Below the pieces are notes generated by a model. The model was not told the DNA's origin, did no database searches, and was given only the letters and a program-made list of their open reading frames with translations. A stretch of 64,000 nucleotides of DNA from Thermoproteota archaeon (GTDB taxonomy: Archaea; Korarchaeota; Korarchaeia; Korarchaeales; Korarchaeaceae), in NCBI GenBank assembly GCA_027491415.1, contig JAOZFH010000018.1, positions 1 to 64,000 of the forward strand. The letters run 5' to 3'. The position numbers and the translations under genes are program-made. This document shows positions 37,744-47,841 of this stretch, one piece after another. Numbering within the stretch: the stretch's first letter is position 1; every line of letters begins with the position of its first letter.

Positions 37744-39162
37744 TTGAAAATGTCCCCGAGGTCTCACGCTCTTTCCGCCTCCAGCACAAACATACCAGAG
37801 ATTGCGTCGCTTGTCTGGGTTATCTTGGCCACGATCGTGCTGCTGGAGAGCACGGGAGACTGGGTGCCGAAGCAGGTCGACCCACTGAGCTTGCTCGGCA
37901 GGGCCGTGGGGCTCCTGGCGGCTGGTATGGCCCTCATCATCCTGTATTTCATCGTGCTTCAGAGGCTGGAGGCCCTTCTCTGGAGGGACTGGAAGTACTT
38001 CACCTGGGGGCAGGCACTCCTGGCATACTTCCTGCTCATCGAACTCGTCGACTCGGCCTTCGTCCTCCCTGAGTACGTGCACGTGATGGAACTCCTCACG
38101 ATCCTAATCTCGGTGGGGATATGCTCCTGGTCACTCACGTCGATAATGGCCAGGCTGGCCTCCCTATTGACCGCCAAGAGGGGGGTCCCCAGGGTTCGAC
38201 CGACTTGGATATTCGCAGCGTGGCTAGCTGTGCTGATCTCAGTCACCGCGTGGTCGCTTCGATACGTCAGGCCGCTCCCACGGCCGAGGTATCTGGACCT
38301 TACCTTGGACATAGCGATCGCGGGCGTGCTCGCCGCGAACCTGTGGAGGCTCACCAAAGCCCTGGGGACGGTCACAGGGGCCGGCAGGTGGCTAGTCGAG
38401 GCCTCCATCACCTCGATGGCACTTGGCGCGGTGGCGGAACTCTACGTGATGTTCGAGGACCTGTTCCTCACCCCAAAGACGATGAACGTTTTCGGTTACA
38501 CTCTCACGGGAGCCATCGCTCTTGGGGTGGCCATATCCGGGTTCGGCTACTATCTGCTGGGAACCACGCCATATAGGGAGCCCCCCAACACGGAGGGGGA
38601 GGGTGGACCGGAGATTGACTGGAGGGAGTTTGGCCTGGACGTCGGAGGAGAGGGCGAGGTTATTCTGATGGAGTTCGAGCCTCTAACATCTCCCTCGGAG
38701 ATGATAGCTAGCCTAGTGTCGTGGCTTAGGGAGCTCGACATGAAGATCGTGGTGATCGCTAGGCGGGGTATCCCTCTGAGGGAGGTGGCGTCGGAGTCTG
38801 ACCTGACTATCCGGGTCAGCCCTGGCAGGATGGCCGCGCCTAAGGAGCTGTCTCCGGGCGAGCTGGAGGTGGGCCTGAGCCCATCCGTGATCCTGGGGAT
38901 CGTGAGCAGGTTGATCACGCCCGAGAGGAGGATGTCGCTCGTGGTGGAGAACGTCAGCGATATGACCACTCTCATCGGGTTGGACGGGGCCTACCGCCTG
39001 ATCAGGGCCCTCATAGACATGCTGATCCCGGAGAGGGCCGTGGTAGTGCTCGTAGTGAACCGAGGCGCCCACGGCGATCGGGAGATGAACCTGATGAGGG
39101 GTCTCGCCACTTGGATCATTAACGCCACGCGATACCCACCCGAGATCAGGAAGGTGGCCTGA
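37744..39162 (+). CDS. About 8-TM membrane protein with C-terminal inactive KaiC/DUF835-like domain, copy 1
   Basis: Eight hydrophobic segments; alpha/beta tail VILME..LVVENVSDM..GAH.DREMNLMRGLATWII; no Walker A. Confidence 0.7.
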   Translation: MKMSPRSHALSASSTNIPEIASLVWVILATIVLLESTGDWVPKQVDPLSLLGRAVGLLAAGMALIILYFIVLQRLEALLWRDWKYFTWGQALLAYFLLIELVDSAFVLPEYVHVMELLTILISVGICSWSLTSIMARLASLLTAKRGVPRVRPTWIFAAWLAVLISVTAWSLRYVRPLPRPRYLDLTLDIAIAGVLAANLWRLTKALGTVTGAGRWLVEASITSMALGAVAELYVMFEDLFLTPKTMNVFGYTLTGAIALGVAISGFGYYLLGTTPYREPPNTEGEGGPEIDWREFGLDVGGEGEVILMEFEPLTSPSEMIASLVSWLRELDMKIVVIARRGIPLREVASESDLTIRVSPGRMAAPKELSPGELEVGLSPSVILGIVSRLITPERRMSLVVENVSDMTTLIGLDGAYRLIRALIDMLIPERAVVVLVVNRGAHGDREMNLMRGLATWIINATRYPPEIRKVA

Positions 39163-39198
39163 GGTTTTTGGGGATCTAGGTTAGGGTTAAGACGGCCC

Positions 39199-40524
39199 TC
39201 AGCCGGATGCGAGCCTCGTCGCGGCCCGGGAGGCCCGCTCCACCACCTCCCCCGCGTCCATCGTCATTATCCGTCTGGCCCTGACAATCACCCTCCCGTC
39301 GACTATCACCGTGTCCACGTCGTCGCCGGTGGCAGAGAAGACCAGCGCCGATACCGGGTCCCTCTGAGTGGAGAGGTGGGGCCTCCTGAGGTCCACCAGG
39401 ATTAGGTCGGCCCTCTTGCCGGCCTCCAGCGTTCCGATCTCATCGGCGAGTCCCAGCGCCCTCGCCCCGTTCACGGTCGCCATCCTGAGCACGTCCCAGG
39501 AGGTCAGCGCCCTTGGGTCGAGCCTACTCCCCCTCTGGAGGAGGGCCGCAAGGCGCATCTCTCTGAACATGTCGAGGGAGTCGTTGCTAGCCGGGCCGTC
39601 GGTCCCCAGGGCGACGTTCACCCCCTCCCTGAGCATGTCGGCCACCGGGGCGATGCCGGACGCCAGCTTTAGGTTGCTGGCCGGGCAGTGGACCACGCTC
39701 GCCCCCTTGGAGGCCAAGAGTGAGATCTCCTCCCGGTCGAGCCAGACCCCGTGGGCCGCCAGGACGTTGGGTCCCAGCACCCCGAGGGAGTCCAGGTAGG
39801 AGGGGGGCCCCTCCCCAGCTCTCTCCCTGAGCTCCTCAACCTCCCTCCTGGTCTCGGAGAGGTGTATGTGGAGCCTCAGACCCCTGGACCTGGCGAGCTC
39901 GGCGGAGGCGCGGAGGAGCTCCTCAGAGCACGTGTACGGGGCGTGCGGACCCACTGCCGCCCTTATTCTGCCGCCGCCAGCCATGTGCCAATCCTCTATG
40001 AACCTCTCGGCCTCCCTGAGCTCCTTAACGGTCTTGTCCGGATCCCTCTCCCAACCCGGGGCGTCTATCATCCCGTAGGAAAGGACTGCCCTCACCCCGG
40101 ACTCCAGAGCGGCCCTTGCCACCGAGTCCTCGTGGAAGTACATGTCCGAGAAGGTGGTTGTTCCCGAGAGGAGCATCTCCAAGATCCCCAGCCTCGCGCC
40201 GTCTAGCACCTCCTCTGGACCCATCTTGGCCTCTACCCTCCATATCTCCCTGAGCCACTCGTCCAGCGGCCTGTCGGAGGCGAGCCCCCTCAGCAGGGTC
40301 ATGGCCACGTGGGTGTGGGCGTTTACCAGGCCGGGTAAGGCGACCATGCCCCTCCCCTCGACGACCTCCTCTGCGGAGACGGGCGGCATGGATGACCTCC
40401 TGCCGATTGAGACAATCCTACCTCCCTCGACGGCCACGTACCCATCTCGGATCACGAGCCCTGGCGGGTCGACGGGGATCATTGCGGAGGCCAGCACCAG
40501 GAGGTCCACATTTAGCCTGGTCAT
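39199..40524 (-). CDS. Amidohydrolase, MTA/SAH/5'-deoxyadenosine deaminase family
   Basis: PGLVNAHTH, GTTTFSDMYF, PHAPYTCS, HIHLSET, HCPASNLKLASG, LGTDGPASN. Confidence 0.92.
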   Translation of the reverse strand: MTRLNVDLLVLASAMIPVDPPGLVIRDGYVAVEGGRIVSIGRRSSMPPVSAEEVVEGRGMVALPGLVNAHTHVAMTLLRGLASDRPLDEWLREIWRVEAKMGPEEVLDGARLGILEMLLSGTTTFSDMYFHEDSVARAALESGVRAVLSYGMIDAPGWERDPDKTVKELREAERFIEDWHMAGGGRIRAAVGPHAPYTCSEELLRASAELARSRGLRLHIHLSETRREVEELRERAGEGPPSYLDSLGVLGPNVLAAHGVWLDREEISLLASKGASVVHCPASNLKLASGIAPVADMLREGVNVALGTDGPASNDSLDMFREMRLAALLQRGSRLDPRALTSWDVLRMATVNGARALGLADEIGTLEAGKRADLILVDLRRPHLSTQRDPVSALVFSATGDDVDTVIVDGRVIVRARRIMTMDAGEVVERASRAATRLASG

Positions 40525-40588
40525 CTTCAGCCGAGGCGGACCTCGGTCCGTCAAAACGTTTTATCCACCGACCGACACGCGGAACGCG

Positions 40589-41818
40589 ATGAGGATAGAA
40601 CTCCCCTACGGGCGGGGCTTCGTCTCCGCCGAGATACCAGAGACCGCGGACGTGACCGTGCTGCATCCAAGGCCCCTCAAACCTGACGCCCAGGCAAGGG
40701 GGATCGTCTCCGAGGCGCTGGAGTCCGCGAGCCCGGGCCTGGAGGAGGAGCCCTCCGGCAGGGTCGTGATAGTGGTCGACGACCACACTAGGCCCTGCCC
40801 GACCGAGGTTATGCTGGACCACGTGCTGGGGAGGCTGAGGGTCCCCAGGAACCGGATAACGGTGATCTTCGCAACCGGCACCCACAGGCCCGTTTCCCCG
40901 GATGAGGCGAAGGAGATCCTGGGAAAGCACCACGGAACCGTCGAGGCGGTCAGCCACGACTGCAGGGGGGCCCACGTCTACCTCGGGGAGACCGGCAGGG
41001 GCACCCCCGTCGCGGTGGACGAGCTCTACAAGACCGCGGACTACCGCATCCTCCTGGGCGACGTCGAGCCGCACTACTTCGCCGGGTACGGCGGCGGTAG
41101 GAAGAGCGTACTCCCGGGAGTGAGCTCCTACGAGACCATACAGGCCAACCACAAGATGATGTTCCTCCCGGGAGCCGAGGTGGGCGTCCTAGACGGGAAC
41201 CCAGTCAGCGAGGACATGGAGGAGGCCGCCGACATGGCCGGGGCAGAGTTCACGCTCAACGTGGTGCAGAACGCCGAGCACGAGATAGTCTCTGCGCACG
41301 GCGGGCATCATAGGGACGTGCTCAGGGCCGGCGCGAGGGTCGTGGACCGAATGTACAAGGTGAGGTACGAGGGGGAGCCAGCGGACGTGGTGATCGTTGC
41401 TGCCAACGGATACCCGCACGACGTAGACCTTTACCAGGCCTACAAGGCTCTTCACATGGCCCTCAGGGTCGTAAAGCCCGGGGGGGCGGTGGTGTTCGTC
41501 GCGGAGTGCAGGGACGGGGCGGGGAATAGGAAGTTTGTCGAGTACATGAGGAGGTACTCCTCCTCAGACGAGGTCGAGGCTGCCCTCAAGCGGACGTTCG
41601 AGTTGGGGGGTCACAAGGCCTACTATCACCTTAGAGCCGTGGAGAGGAACAGGATCCTGTCCCTGACCTCCATGGACCCCGCCGAGGTGAGGGGGCTCTA
41701 CAAGATGGAGCCAATCTCCTCGCTCCAGGAGGGGGTCGACGCGGCCCTGAGGGGGCTCTCAAACCCGAGGGTCGTGGTGATGCCTGAGGGAACTACCACG
41801 ATCCCCGCGCCAACCTGA
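40589..41818 (+). CDS. larA: Nickel-pincer-dependent lactate racemase family protein
   Basis: DDHTRP, ATGTHR, EPHYFAGYGGGRKSVLPG, NH, DLYQAYKAL, AECRDGAG. Confidence 0.9.
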   Translation: MRIELPYGRGFVSAEIPETADVTVLHPRPLKPDAQARGIVSEALESASPGLEEEPSGRVVIVVDDHTRPCPTEVMLDHVLGRLRVPRNRITVIFATGTHRPVSPDEAKEILGKHHGTVEAVSHDCRGAHVYLGETGRGTPVAVDELYKTADYRILLGDVEPHYFAGYGGGRKSVLPGVSSYETIQANHKMMFLPGAEVGVLDGNPVSEDMEEAADMAGAEFTLNVVQNAEHEIVSAHGGHHRDVLRAGARVVDRMYKVRYEGEPADVVIVAANGYPHDVDLYQAYKALHMALRVVKPGGAVVFVAECRDGAGNRKFVEYMRRYSSSDEVEAALKRTFELGGHKAYYHLRAVERNRILSLTSMDPAEVRGLYKMEPISSLQEGVDAALRGLSNPRVVVMPEGTTTIPAPT

Positions 41819-41825
41819 GCTCGGG

Positions 41826-43553
41826 TCAGACGGCCTTGGTTTGCCCTATCACCCTAGCGACGATGAAGTTCAGCGGGGGCGAGAGCCTCAGACACTCGCT
41901 GAGGGGGACTGTTGGGTACAGCTCCTTGTTTATGGCCACCTCCTTGTTAATGGTCAGCTCTCTGGCCCTCTCCAAGAACTCGGACTCCTCTTCTGGTGTG
42001 AGCGGTCCCCTCTGGAGTCTGGAGAATATTTCCCTGTCCAGCGCCACTCTCTCCTCGATTATCTCGTAGAGATCCTCCCCGATCATGCCCCTATTCCTCT
42101 TGACCCTCGCCAGATTAAGGGAGGCATTCAGGCTGGCCTCGACTATGTCCGGCCGATCCATCCACTTCGTCCTGTAGTTGAGGGTGAGACTCCAGTGGGG
42201 CTCCTCGAGGGCCCTGCGGTGGGACTCCAAGTCCCTGAACAGAATCTCGTACCCGTAGGCTTCTGGATGCTCAAACGCCGGGCTCCCAGGGTCAACGAAG
42301 GGGGCGAGGGGGGCCGTGAAGGCGTCCATCCGTCCTCCGCCGTGCAGGTTGATGAGTCTATCCACGTAGTCCGCCACCCCGGCCGCTATCTCGGGGGTCT
42401 GCCTGGGGAGGCCAGTCATGAAGTAAAGGTCCAGCCTCCTGAAGCCCAGCTCTCCCGACGCCCTCACCATCCGCTCTAGCTCCTCGTTCCCGTAGATCCT
42501 CCCAAAGGCTCGTCTCACGGACTCATCTTGGCTCTCAGGCGAGATCTGTATGTAGACGTCGTATCCGAGGGACCTCAAGGCCTCAAGGAGCCTCCTGCTG
42601 GCCGGGTAGAAGAACTCGAACATAAGGGGGTTGTCTAGGTCGGCCCTCTTGAGCCTCTCCACTACTTCCAGGGCCCCTTCCTCCCCTCTGCCGAGCCTTA
42701 GGTCCCCGATGAAGAATATCGTCATCTTGGAGATGGACGAGATCGACTCTGCCTCTCTGACTATGGCCTCTGGGCTCTTCAGGGCTACCCCTCTCCTGCC
42801 GAAGATCCTCTCCTGGGCGCTCCTCGAGCCGCCGCAGGTCACGCAGTTGTACGGACAGCCCTTAACGGTCAGGACGGCGGCGATGGGCGTGCTGATGAAG
42901 GAGGCGCAGGGCGCCACGAGGGCCAGGTCCCTCTCCCGGAGCGTCATCTTCACCAGGATCCTGTGGTCCACCTCGTAAGGGTCGAGAGTCTGGGGAGGGT
43001 CTCGAGGAGGCTCGAGCCTGATCCTGCCGTCGGCATCCCTCCAGGCCACTCCGGGAATCCCCTCCAGGCCCCTCCCCCGGTCGACTCTCTCGACTATCTG
43101 CTCGACCGCCTCCTCCGTCGTGTCGCCCAGCGCGACAGCATCAACGTATGGGTGAGCCTCCAAGATCTCTCTCCAGAAGTACGTGGCCGAGACCCCCCCA
43201 AGGAGGACGAGAGAGTCGGGGTGCTCGGACTTGATCAACCTGGCTACCTCAAGGGCCCCGTGAGCGTGGACGAGCCAGTGAAGGTCCACGCCGTAGACGA
43301 GGGAGTTCACGGACCGGATCGTCTTCAGTGGGTCATAGTCGGGGTCGAGTATCATCTTGGAAGCCAGGTTGAAGATGCCGACCCTCCTTCCCCGTCGGGA
43401 CAGCCATGTGGAGAGGGTCAGGAAGCCGTAGGGGTACATGTCGAATACCTGGAAGGAGGGCACTACCTCGCTCGTCAGGCACTTAAACATGGCTCTGCGC
43501 CTGAAGTCGAAGACACTGGGGGCGTGGAACAGGGCGAGGTCGTATTTAGCCAT
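41826..43553 (-). CDS. B12-binding radical SAM protein (TIGR04190/Ta0216-like)
   Basis: HAPSVFDFR, MYPYGF, DLHWLVHAHGA, KGCPYNCVTCGGS, PLAPFVDPGS. Confidence 0.85.
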   Translation of the reverse strand: MAKYDLALFHAPSVFDFRRRAMFKCLTSEVVPSFQVFDMYPYGFLTLSTWLSRRGRRVGIFNLASKMILDPDYDPLKTIRSVNSLVYGVDLHWLVHAHGALEVARLIKSEHPDSLVLLGGVSATYFWREILEAHPYVDAVALGDTTEEAVEQIVERVDRGRGLEGIPGVAWRDADGRIRLEPPRDPPQTLDPYEVDHRILVKMTLRERDLALVAPCASFISTPIAAVLTVKGCPYNCVTCGGSRSAQERIFGRRGVALKSPEAIVREAESISSISKMTIFFIGDLRLGRGEEGALEVVERLKRADLDNPLMFEFFYPASRRLLEALRSLGYDVYIQISPESQDESVRRAFGRIYGNEELERMVRASGELGFRRLDLYFMTGLPRQTPEIAAGVADYVDRLINLHGGGRMDAFTAPLAPFVDPGSPAFEHPEAYGYEILFRDLESHRRALEEPHWSLTLNYRTKWMDRPDIVEASLNASLNLARVKRNRGMIGEDLYEIIEERVALDREIFSRLQRGPLTPEEESEFLERARELTINKEVAINKELYPTVPLSECLRLSPPLNFIVARVIGQTKAV

Positions 43554-43588
43554 CTCCGGGCGGCCTTCTCAGCAATAGGAAAAAAATT

Positions 43589-44314
43589 TCACCGCAGCCT
43601 CTCGGCTACCACCCCAGTGAAGGTGCCCAGCGCGCGCCTGAACACCGTCCTTACCTCAAAGAGCCTTCTTATCTCTCTGACGAACTCTGATGAGGTCCAC
43701 ATGGCTTCGTACGTTGGGTAGAGCTCCCTCCACGGTGAGACGTCGACCCTCATGGTGGCCAGCCCGGCCAGGGCCGGGGCGATCCACCTGACGTAGGTCT
43801 TAGCCAGGGCGTCGACTGCCCGCCAGTCGGGCCTGGTGAGGTCGAGCACCCCCAGCCTCCCTCCTATCCTCAGGACGCGCCGCAGCTCCCTGAGGGCCTC
43901 TCTCCTATCTACGGCGTCCCGGAGGGAGTAGGCGGCCAGGGCCAGGTCCACGGACTCGTCAGCCAGCGGGATGTCCTCGAACGTTGCCCTGACGGCTAGC
44001 AACGTGAGTCCACTCCCCGCGCGGCTCGCCCTCTCCCTAGCCGCGACGAGCATCTCATTGAGCGGGTCGAGGAGTATCAAGGTTCCACCTGGCGAGAGGG
44101 CCTTCGCCAGCAGTTCGGAAGACTGACCCGGGCCGCAGCCGGCGTCCAACGCTGCCTCCCCGGGTCTGGGCCGCAAGTCGACCACGAGCCTCTCCCTTAG
44201 CCTTCCCGCGAGTCCCAGCGACATGGCGGCGTTGGCCCTCTCGTACACATCCGTGAGTTCGCTCAGCGCGGCCTCCACCCTCCCCCAGCGGTCGCCGGGG
44301 AGACCGTCGCTCAA
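43589..44314 (-). CDS. UbiE/MenG-like SAM methyltransferase
   Basis: YERANAAMSLG, LDAGCGPG, IPLADESVD, LRELRRVLRIGG. Confidence 0.8.
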   Translation of the reverse strand: MSDGLPGDRWGRVEAALSELTDVYERANAAMSLGLAGRLRERLVVDLRPRPGEAALDAGCGPGQSSELLAKALSPGGTLILLDPLNEMLVAARERASRAGSGLTLLAVRATFEDIPLADESVDLALAAYSLRDAVDRREALRELRRVLRIGGRLGVLDLTRPDWRAVDALAKTYVRWIAPALAGLATMRVDVSPWRELYPTYEAMWTSSEFVREIRRLFEVRTVFRRALGTFTGVVAERLR

Positions 44315-45132
44315 CCCTCCCACCTCGTCGCGTAAAGGGCTAGCTCCTTCAGGAGGTTCCTGGCCTCCGACGGCGGGACCAGGTCCTCCAGCAAGTCGAC
44401 GGCCCTGCGAGTGAAGTCCTCTGACGCGGCGCCTATCGGGCCGACGGGTTTGGCCTCAACCAAGGCGCTTATCTCACCCGGCTTTCCGAAGTCCAGCAGG
44501 TCGTCCCTCAGCTGGTAGGCCATGCCGACCAGCCTGCCGAACTCGGCCATCCCGCTGATCACCCGATCCTCGGCCCCCGCGATGATCGCGCCCAGCTCGG
44601 TAGACGCGCTGAAGAGCGAGGCGGTCTTCTTCTCCAGTATCTGGAGGTAGGCGTCGAAGGATATCGGCTCACCCCTCGCCCTGATCCTAGCCTCCTCCGC
44701 CTCGCCCTCGCTCATGACCCTCGTGGTCCTCGACAGGGCCCTGGCGATCCTCGGATTGCCGTAGTCGGCCGTCACGTCCAGCACGAGGGAGAGGACGAAG
44801 TCGGAGACGAGGATCGCGAGGTCTCGGCCGAACCTCATGTGAAAGGCGAGCTTCCCCCTACGGACCTGGTCGCCGTCTATCAGGTCGTCGTGAATCAGAG
44901 AGGCGGTGTGTATGAGCTCCACGGCCGCCGCGGCGGGGTCTGGATCTGGGTCTGCTCCGCCCCCGCAGACCTCGTGGCTCAAGTAGAGAAGGACCGGCCT
45001 GACCCTCTTCCCCCCAGAGACGAACTCCACGAGGGGCGCCGCGAATGGAGAGGACACGTGCTCGGACAGGAGCTTAGACAGGGCCTTATCAGCCCTCTCG
45101 ACGTAGGGGCGGAGCCTCTCCCGGAGCAACAC
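44311..45132 (-). CDS. Trans-polyprenyl diphosphate synthase (long-chain type)
   Basis: GGKRVRP, ELIHTASLIHDDLID..RRG, KKTASLF, YQLRDDLLD; Ala at -5 from FARM. Confidence 0.9.
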   Translation of the reverse strand: MLLRERLRPYVERADKALSKLLSEHVSSPFAAPLVEFVSGGKRVRPVLLYLSHEVCGGGADPDPDPAAAAVELIHTASLIHDDLIDGDQVRRGKLAFHMRFGRDLAILVSDFVLSLVLDVTADYGNPRIARALSRTTRVMSEGEAEEARIRARGEPISFDAYLQILEKKTASLFSASTELGAIIAGAEDRVISGMAEFGRLVGMAYQLRDDLLDFGKPGEISALVEAKPVGPIGAASEDFTRRAVDLLEDLVPPSEARNLLKELALYATRWEG

Positions 45133-45204
45133 CGATCGGTAGGGGGCTGTGAGTGGGGCGAAAATTAACCTTAGCCGACCAGGAGAGGGGAGCGCTTAAT
45201 TCGG

Positions 45205-46389
45205 TTGGCCGACGAGGGCGGCCCCGTGGGTGACAGCGAGACCGTCGGGAAGAGGAACGTCGTGGCAATGGGGCTCACCAGCCTCCTGACCGACGTGAGC
45301 ACCGAGATGGTGCTGGCTGGGCTCCCATTCTTCCTGACACAGGAGCTGGGCGGAGGAATGGCCGCTCTGGGCGCCATAGAGGGCTCGGCCGAGCTCACGG
45401 CGAGCCTCCTCAAGGCAATCTCTGGGAGGCTCAGCGACATCATGGGACGGAGGAAGCCCCTAGCCGTGCTGGGATACGCAGTCTCTGCCGTTCTGAAGCC
45501 CACGCTGGCGCTCGCCACCAGCTGGTGGCACGCCCTAGCCGTGAGGGTAGGGGACAGGGTGGGCAAGGGCATCAGGACCTCCCCAAGGGACGCGCTAATA
45601 GCCGACAGCGTAGCGGAGGAGTTCAGAGGCAGAGCTTTCGGCCTCCACAGGGCGATGGACACCGCCGGCGCCGTCTTGGGGCCGCTCCTGGCCCTGGCGC
45701 TGATCCCCAGGGTTGGGTACCGGGGCACCTTCGCCGCGTCGGCCATCCCCGGCCTGCTGGGAGTGCTCGTGCTGGCCGCCCTGGTGGCCGAGGTGAGGCC
45801 GAGGGAGAGGAGAAGGGTCCCGCCAGCGAAGGGCGCGCTGACTCCGGAGTTCAGGCTCTACTTGGCGTCGGTGGCGACCTTCAGCGCCGCGCAGTTCAGC
45901 TACGCCTTCCTTCTCACCAGACTCGTGGAGCTTGGCTGGAGCGTCGGGAGCGCCATTGCTCTCTACGTAGCCGCCAACCTTGTGTACAGCTCCGCGGCGA
46001 TACCCGTCGGGACGCTCGGGGACAAGGTCGGGAACCTGAGGGCCCTCCTTCTAGGGTATCTGAGCCTCGCGTTCACCGCCGTCATAGCCTCCACCGAGAG
46101 CAGGTGGACGGGCCCCGCGGCAGTGGTCGCGTTTGGGGTTTACATGGCCCTGGTGGACACCCTCGAGAGGGCCGCGCTTCCTTCCTTGGTGCCCGAGGAT
46201 CTGAGGGGGACCGCGTACGGCGCGTTCCACGCCACCAAGGGGATCGCCACGATGCCAGGGAACCTCGCCTTCGGGCTCATCTATGACGCCTGGGGCGCCA
46301 GGGCGGCCTTCAGCCTCTCCTGCGTCCTTGCACTCCTGGCGACGATCCCGCTGGTAGGGCTGATCAGGAAGAGGTCTGGCCGGGGGTGA
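45205..46389 (+). CDS. MFS transporter
   Basis: GRLSDIMGRRK, DRVGKGIRTSPRDALIADS, RGRAFGLHRAMD; about 12 TM. Confidence 0.93.
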   Translation: MADEGGPVGDSETVGKRNVVAMGLTSLLTDVSTEMVLAGLPFFLTQELGGGMAALGAIEGSAELTASLLKAISGRLSDIMGRRKPLAVLGYAVSAVLKPTLALATSWWHALAVRVGDRVGKGIRTSPRDALIADSVAEEFRGRAFGLHRAMDTAGAVLGPLLALALIPRVGYRGTFAASAIPGLLGVLVLAALVAEVRPRERRRVPPAKGALTPEFRLYLASVATFSAAQFSYAFLLTRLVELGWSVGSAIALYVAANLVYSSAAIPVGTLGDKVGNLRALLLGYLSLAFTAVIASTESRWTGPAAVVAFGVYMALVDTLERAALPSLVPEDLRGTAYGAFHATKGIATMPGNLAFGLIYDAWGARAAFSLSCVLALLATIPLVGLIRKRSGRG

Positions 46390-46401
46390 GAGGGAGGCCG
46401 C

Positions 46402-47055
46402 TCAGGGAATACGGGTCAGCATTCTGAGGAGCTCTCCGAACCCGGAGACTCGGGCAACCCTCCTGACGGACTCTCTCTGGCCCAGAAAGATGGGCATCAG
46501 ACCCAGCTGGGAGCTCGCAAGGGCCCTCTCAACGGCACCGGTGACGAAGACATCGGGAGGGTCGCCTCCCAGCGCCGAGAGGAGCCTCTTCAGAGACTCG
46601 AGCCACCCCTCCGAGCCGGAGTACAGGGAGACGTCAACGAGGCCAGCCAGGCCGGTGGACCTGAGGACTTCCGTCGGCGCCCTCTCCTCGGCCTCGACTC
46701 CGATGAACAAGACTCCAATGGAAGCCCCCATCCGCCTCAGAGACTCTAAGAGGCTCTTGGCGCCATGAACGGGCGTTACGGTGGATGTCCAAGCCTTGAT
46801 GAAGGCGTCCACCGCCCTCTGGATGTCGTGAGGGGTGGGATGTATCCCCCTCTCGGAAAGGTACTCCCTGAGGAGCTCCCCGCGATTCACGCGCCCCGAG
46901 GAGCGTCGTAGAGATTCCAGCAGCGCCAGATCTCTGGCCATCTCCCTAGCCTCTCGCAGGTCCACGCCGAGGCTCCTCAGGGCGGCCAGATAGCAGACCG
47001 GGAGGCTGCTAGAGTCCTGTAGGATGGTGGTGAGGCCGTCGAAGACGACCCTCAT
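46402..47055 (-). CDS. Degenerate HAD-like protein
   Basis: VVFDGLTT, PVHGAKSLLESLRRMG, GLAGLVD; motifs III and IV are eroded. Confidence 0.6.
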   Translation of the reverse strand: MRVVFDGLTTILQDSSSLPVCYLAALRSLGVDLREAREMARDLALLESLRRSSGRVNRGELLREYLSERGIHPTPHDIQRAVDAFIKAWTSTVTPVHGAKSLLESLRRMGASIGVLFIGVEAEERAPTEVLRSTGLAGLVDVSLYSGSEGWLESLKRLLSALGGDPPDVFVTGAVERALASSQLGLMPIFLGQRESVRRVARVSGFGELLRMLTRIP

Positions 47056-47080
47056 GCCCGACGCGCCCTCCCGGCCCGGT

Positions 47081-47350
47081 TCACGGCCCGACCTGCCAAA
47101 GGCATATTCTGATCACCCTGGAGCGGGGTTTCTGAGACGTGGTGGCGACGAACCCCATCCTGCTGATCGAGTTCTCCAGCTCCACAAGGTCTATGGGGCC
47201 GTTAGACCTCACGAGCACCTCATACGAGACCGTCCTCGTTCCGTCCGGGAGGAATGCGTCTGACTCTGCCACGCTCTCTATTTGGCCTAGCTTGGAGAGA
47301 TACCCCAGCAGGCCGTTCAGGATGGGGTTATCGCCTCGGTATTGTCCCAT
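47081..47350 (-). CDS. Small hypothetical protein
   Basis: 89-aa ORF in a co-oriented run; TTAAAT upstream. Confidence 0.6.
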   Translation of the reverse strand: MGQYRGDNPILNGLLGYLSKLGQIESVAESDAFLPDGTRTVSYEVLVRSNGPIDLVELENSISRMGFVATTSQKPRSRVIRICLWQVGP

Positions 47351-47406
47351 GCACCTACCGATCCTGCGCGGCGGGCGACCGATTTAACCCCAACTCAACC
47401 CAGCGC

Positions 47407-47838
47407 TCACCTGCCGGAAACTCTCAGGAACTCGTTCACGTACGCAAGAACCTTCCTGGCCACAGATTGGAGAGATTCCGCCTCTCTGGTTGCCCGCTCC
47501 ATGTCCTCCAGTATCCGGGACAGGGCCCTCTCGACCATCCCGTCTGGCGGGTACAAGGGGAGCGAGACATTCCAGGCGACCGAGATGTCCCTGGCGCGCC
47601 TGATCAGACCCCTGAGCTGATCTTCCAGGTCCTTAGAGGTCCTCCTGTCCAGACCCGTGGGCCGGCCGCGCGGTGGAGAGTTGAGACGGGCGAGGGCTAG
47701 CCTCAGCCTCCGCCTGAGGTCGGAGGCCGGGTCGTACCTCACCTGGATCAGCACCCTTCGACCCCTGACTGTGACGGTCGCCCAGTCGCCGAGGGCGGCC
47801 CGCACGCGGTGCACCCACTCTGGATCTGGATCGCGCAC
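47407..47838 (-). CDS. Hypothetical protein with helical C-terminus
   Basis: 143-aa ORF immediately downstream of tsr3. Confidence 0.55.
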   Translation of the reverse strand: MRDPDPEWVHRVRAALGDWATVTVRGRRVLIQVRYDPASDLRRRLRLALARLNSPPRGRPTGLDRRTSKDLEDQLRGLIRRARDISVAWNVSLPLYPPDGMVERALSRILEDMERATREAESLQSVARKVLAYVNEFLRVSGR

Positions 47839-47841
47839 AGC

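Noticed and set aside
40142-40588. Apparent N-terminal extension of LarA
   Set aside because: Antisense to the amidohydrolase gene; LarA homology begins at ATG 40589
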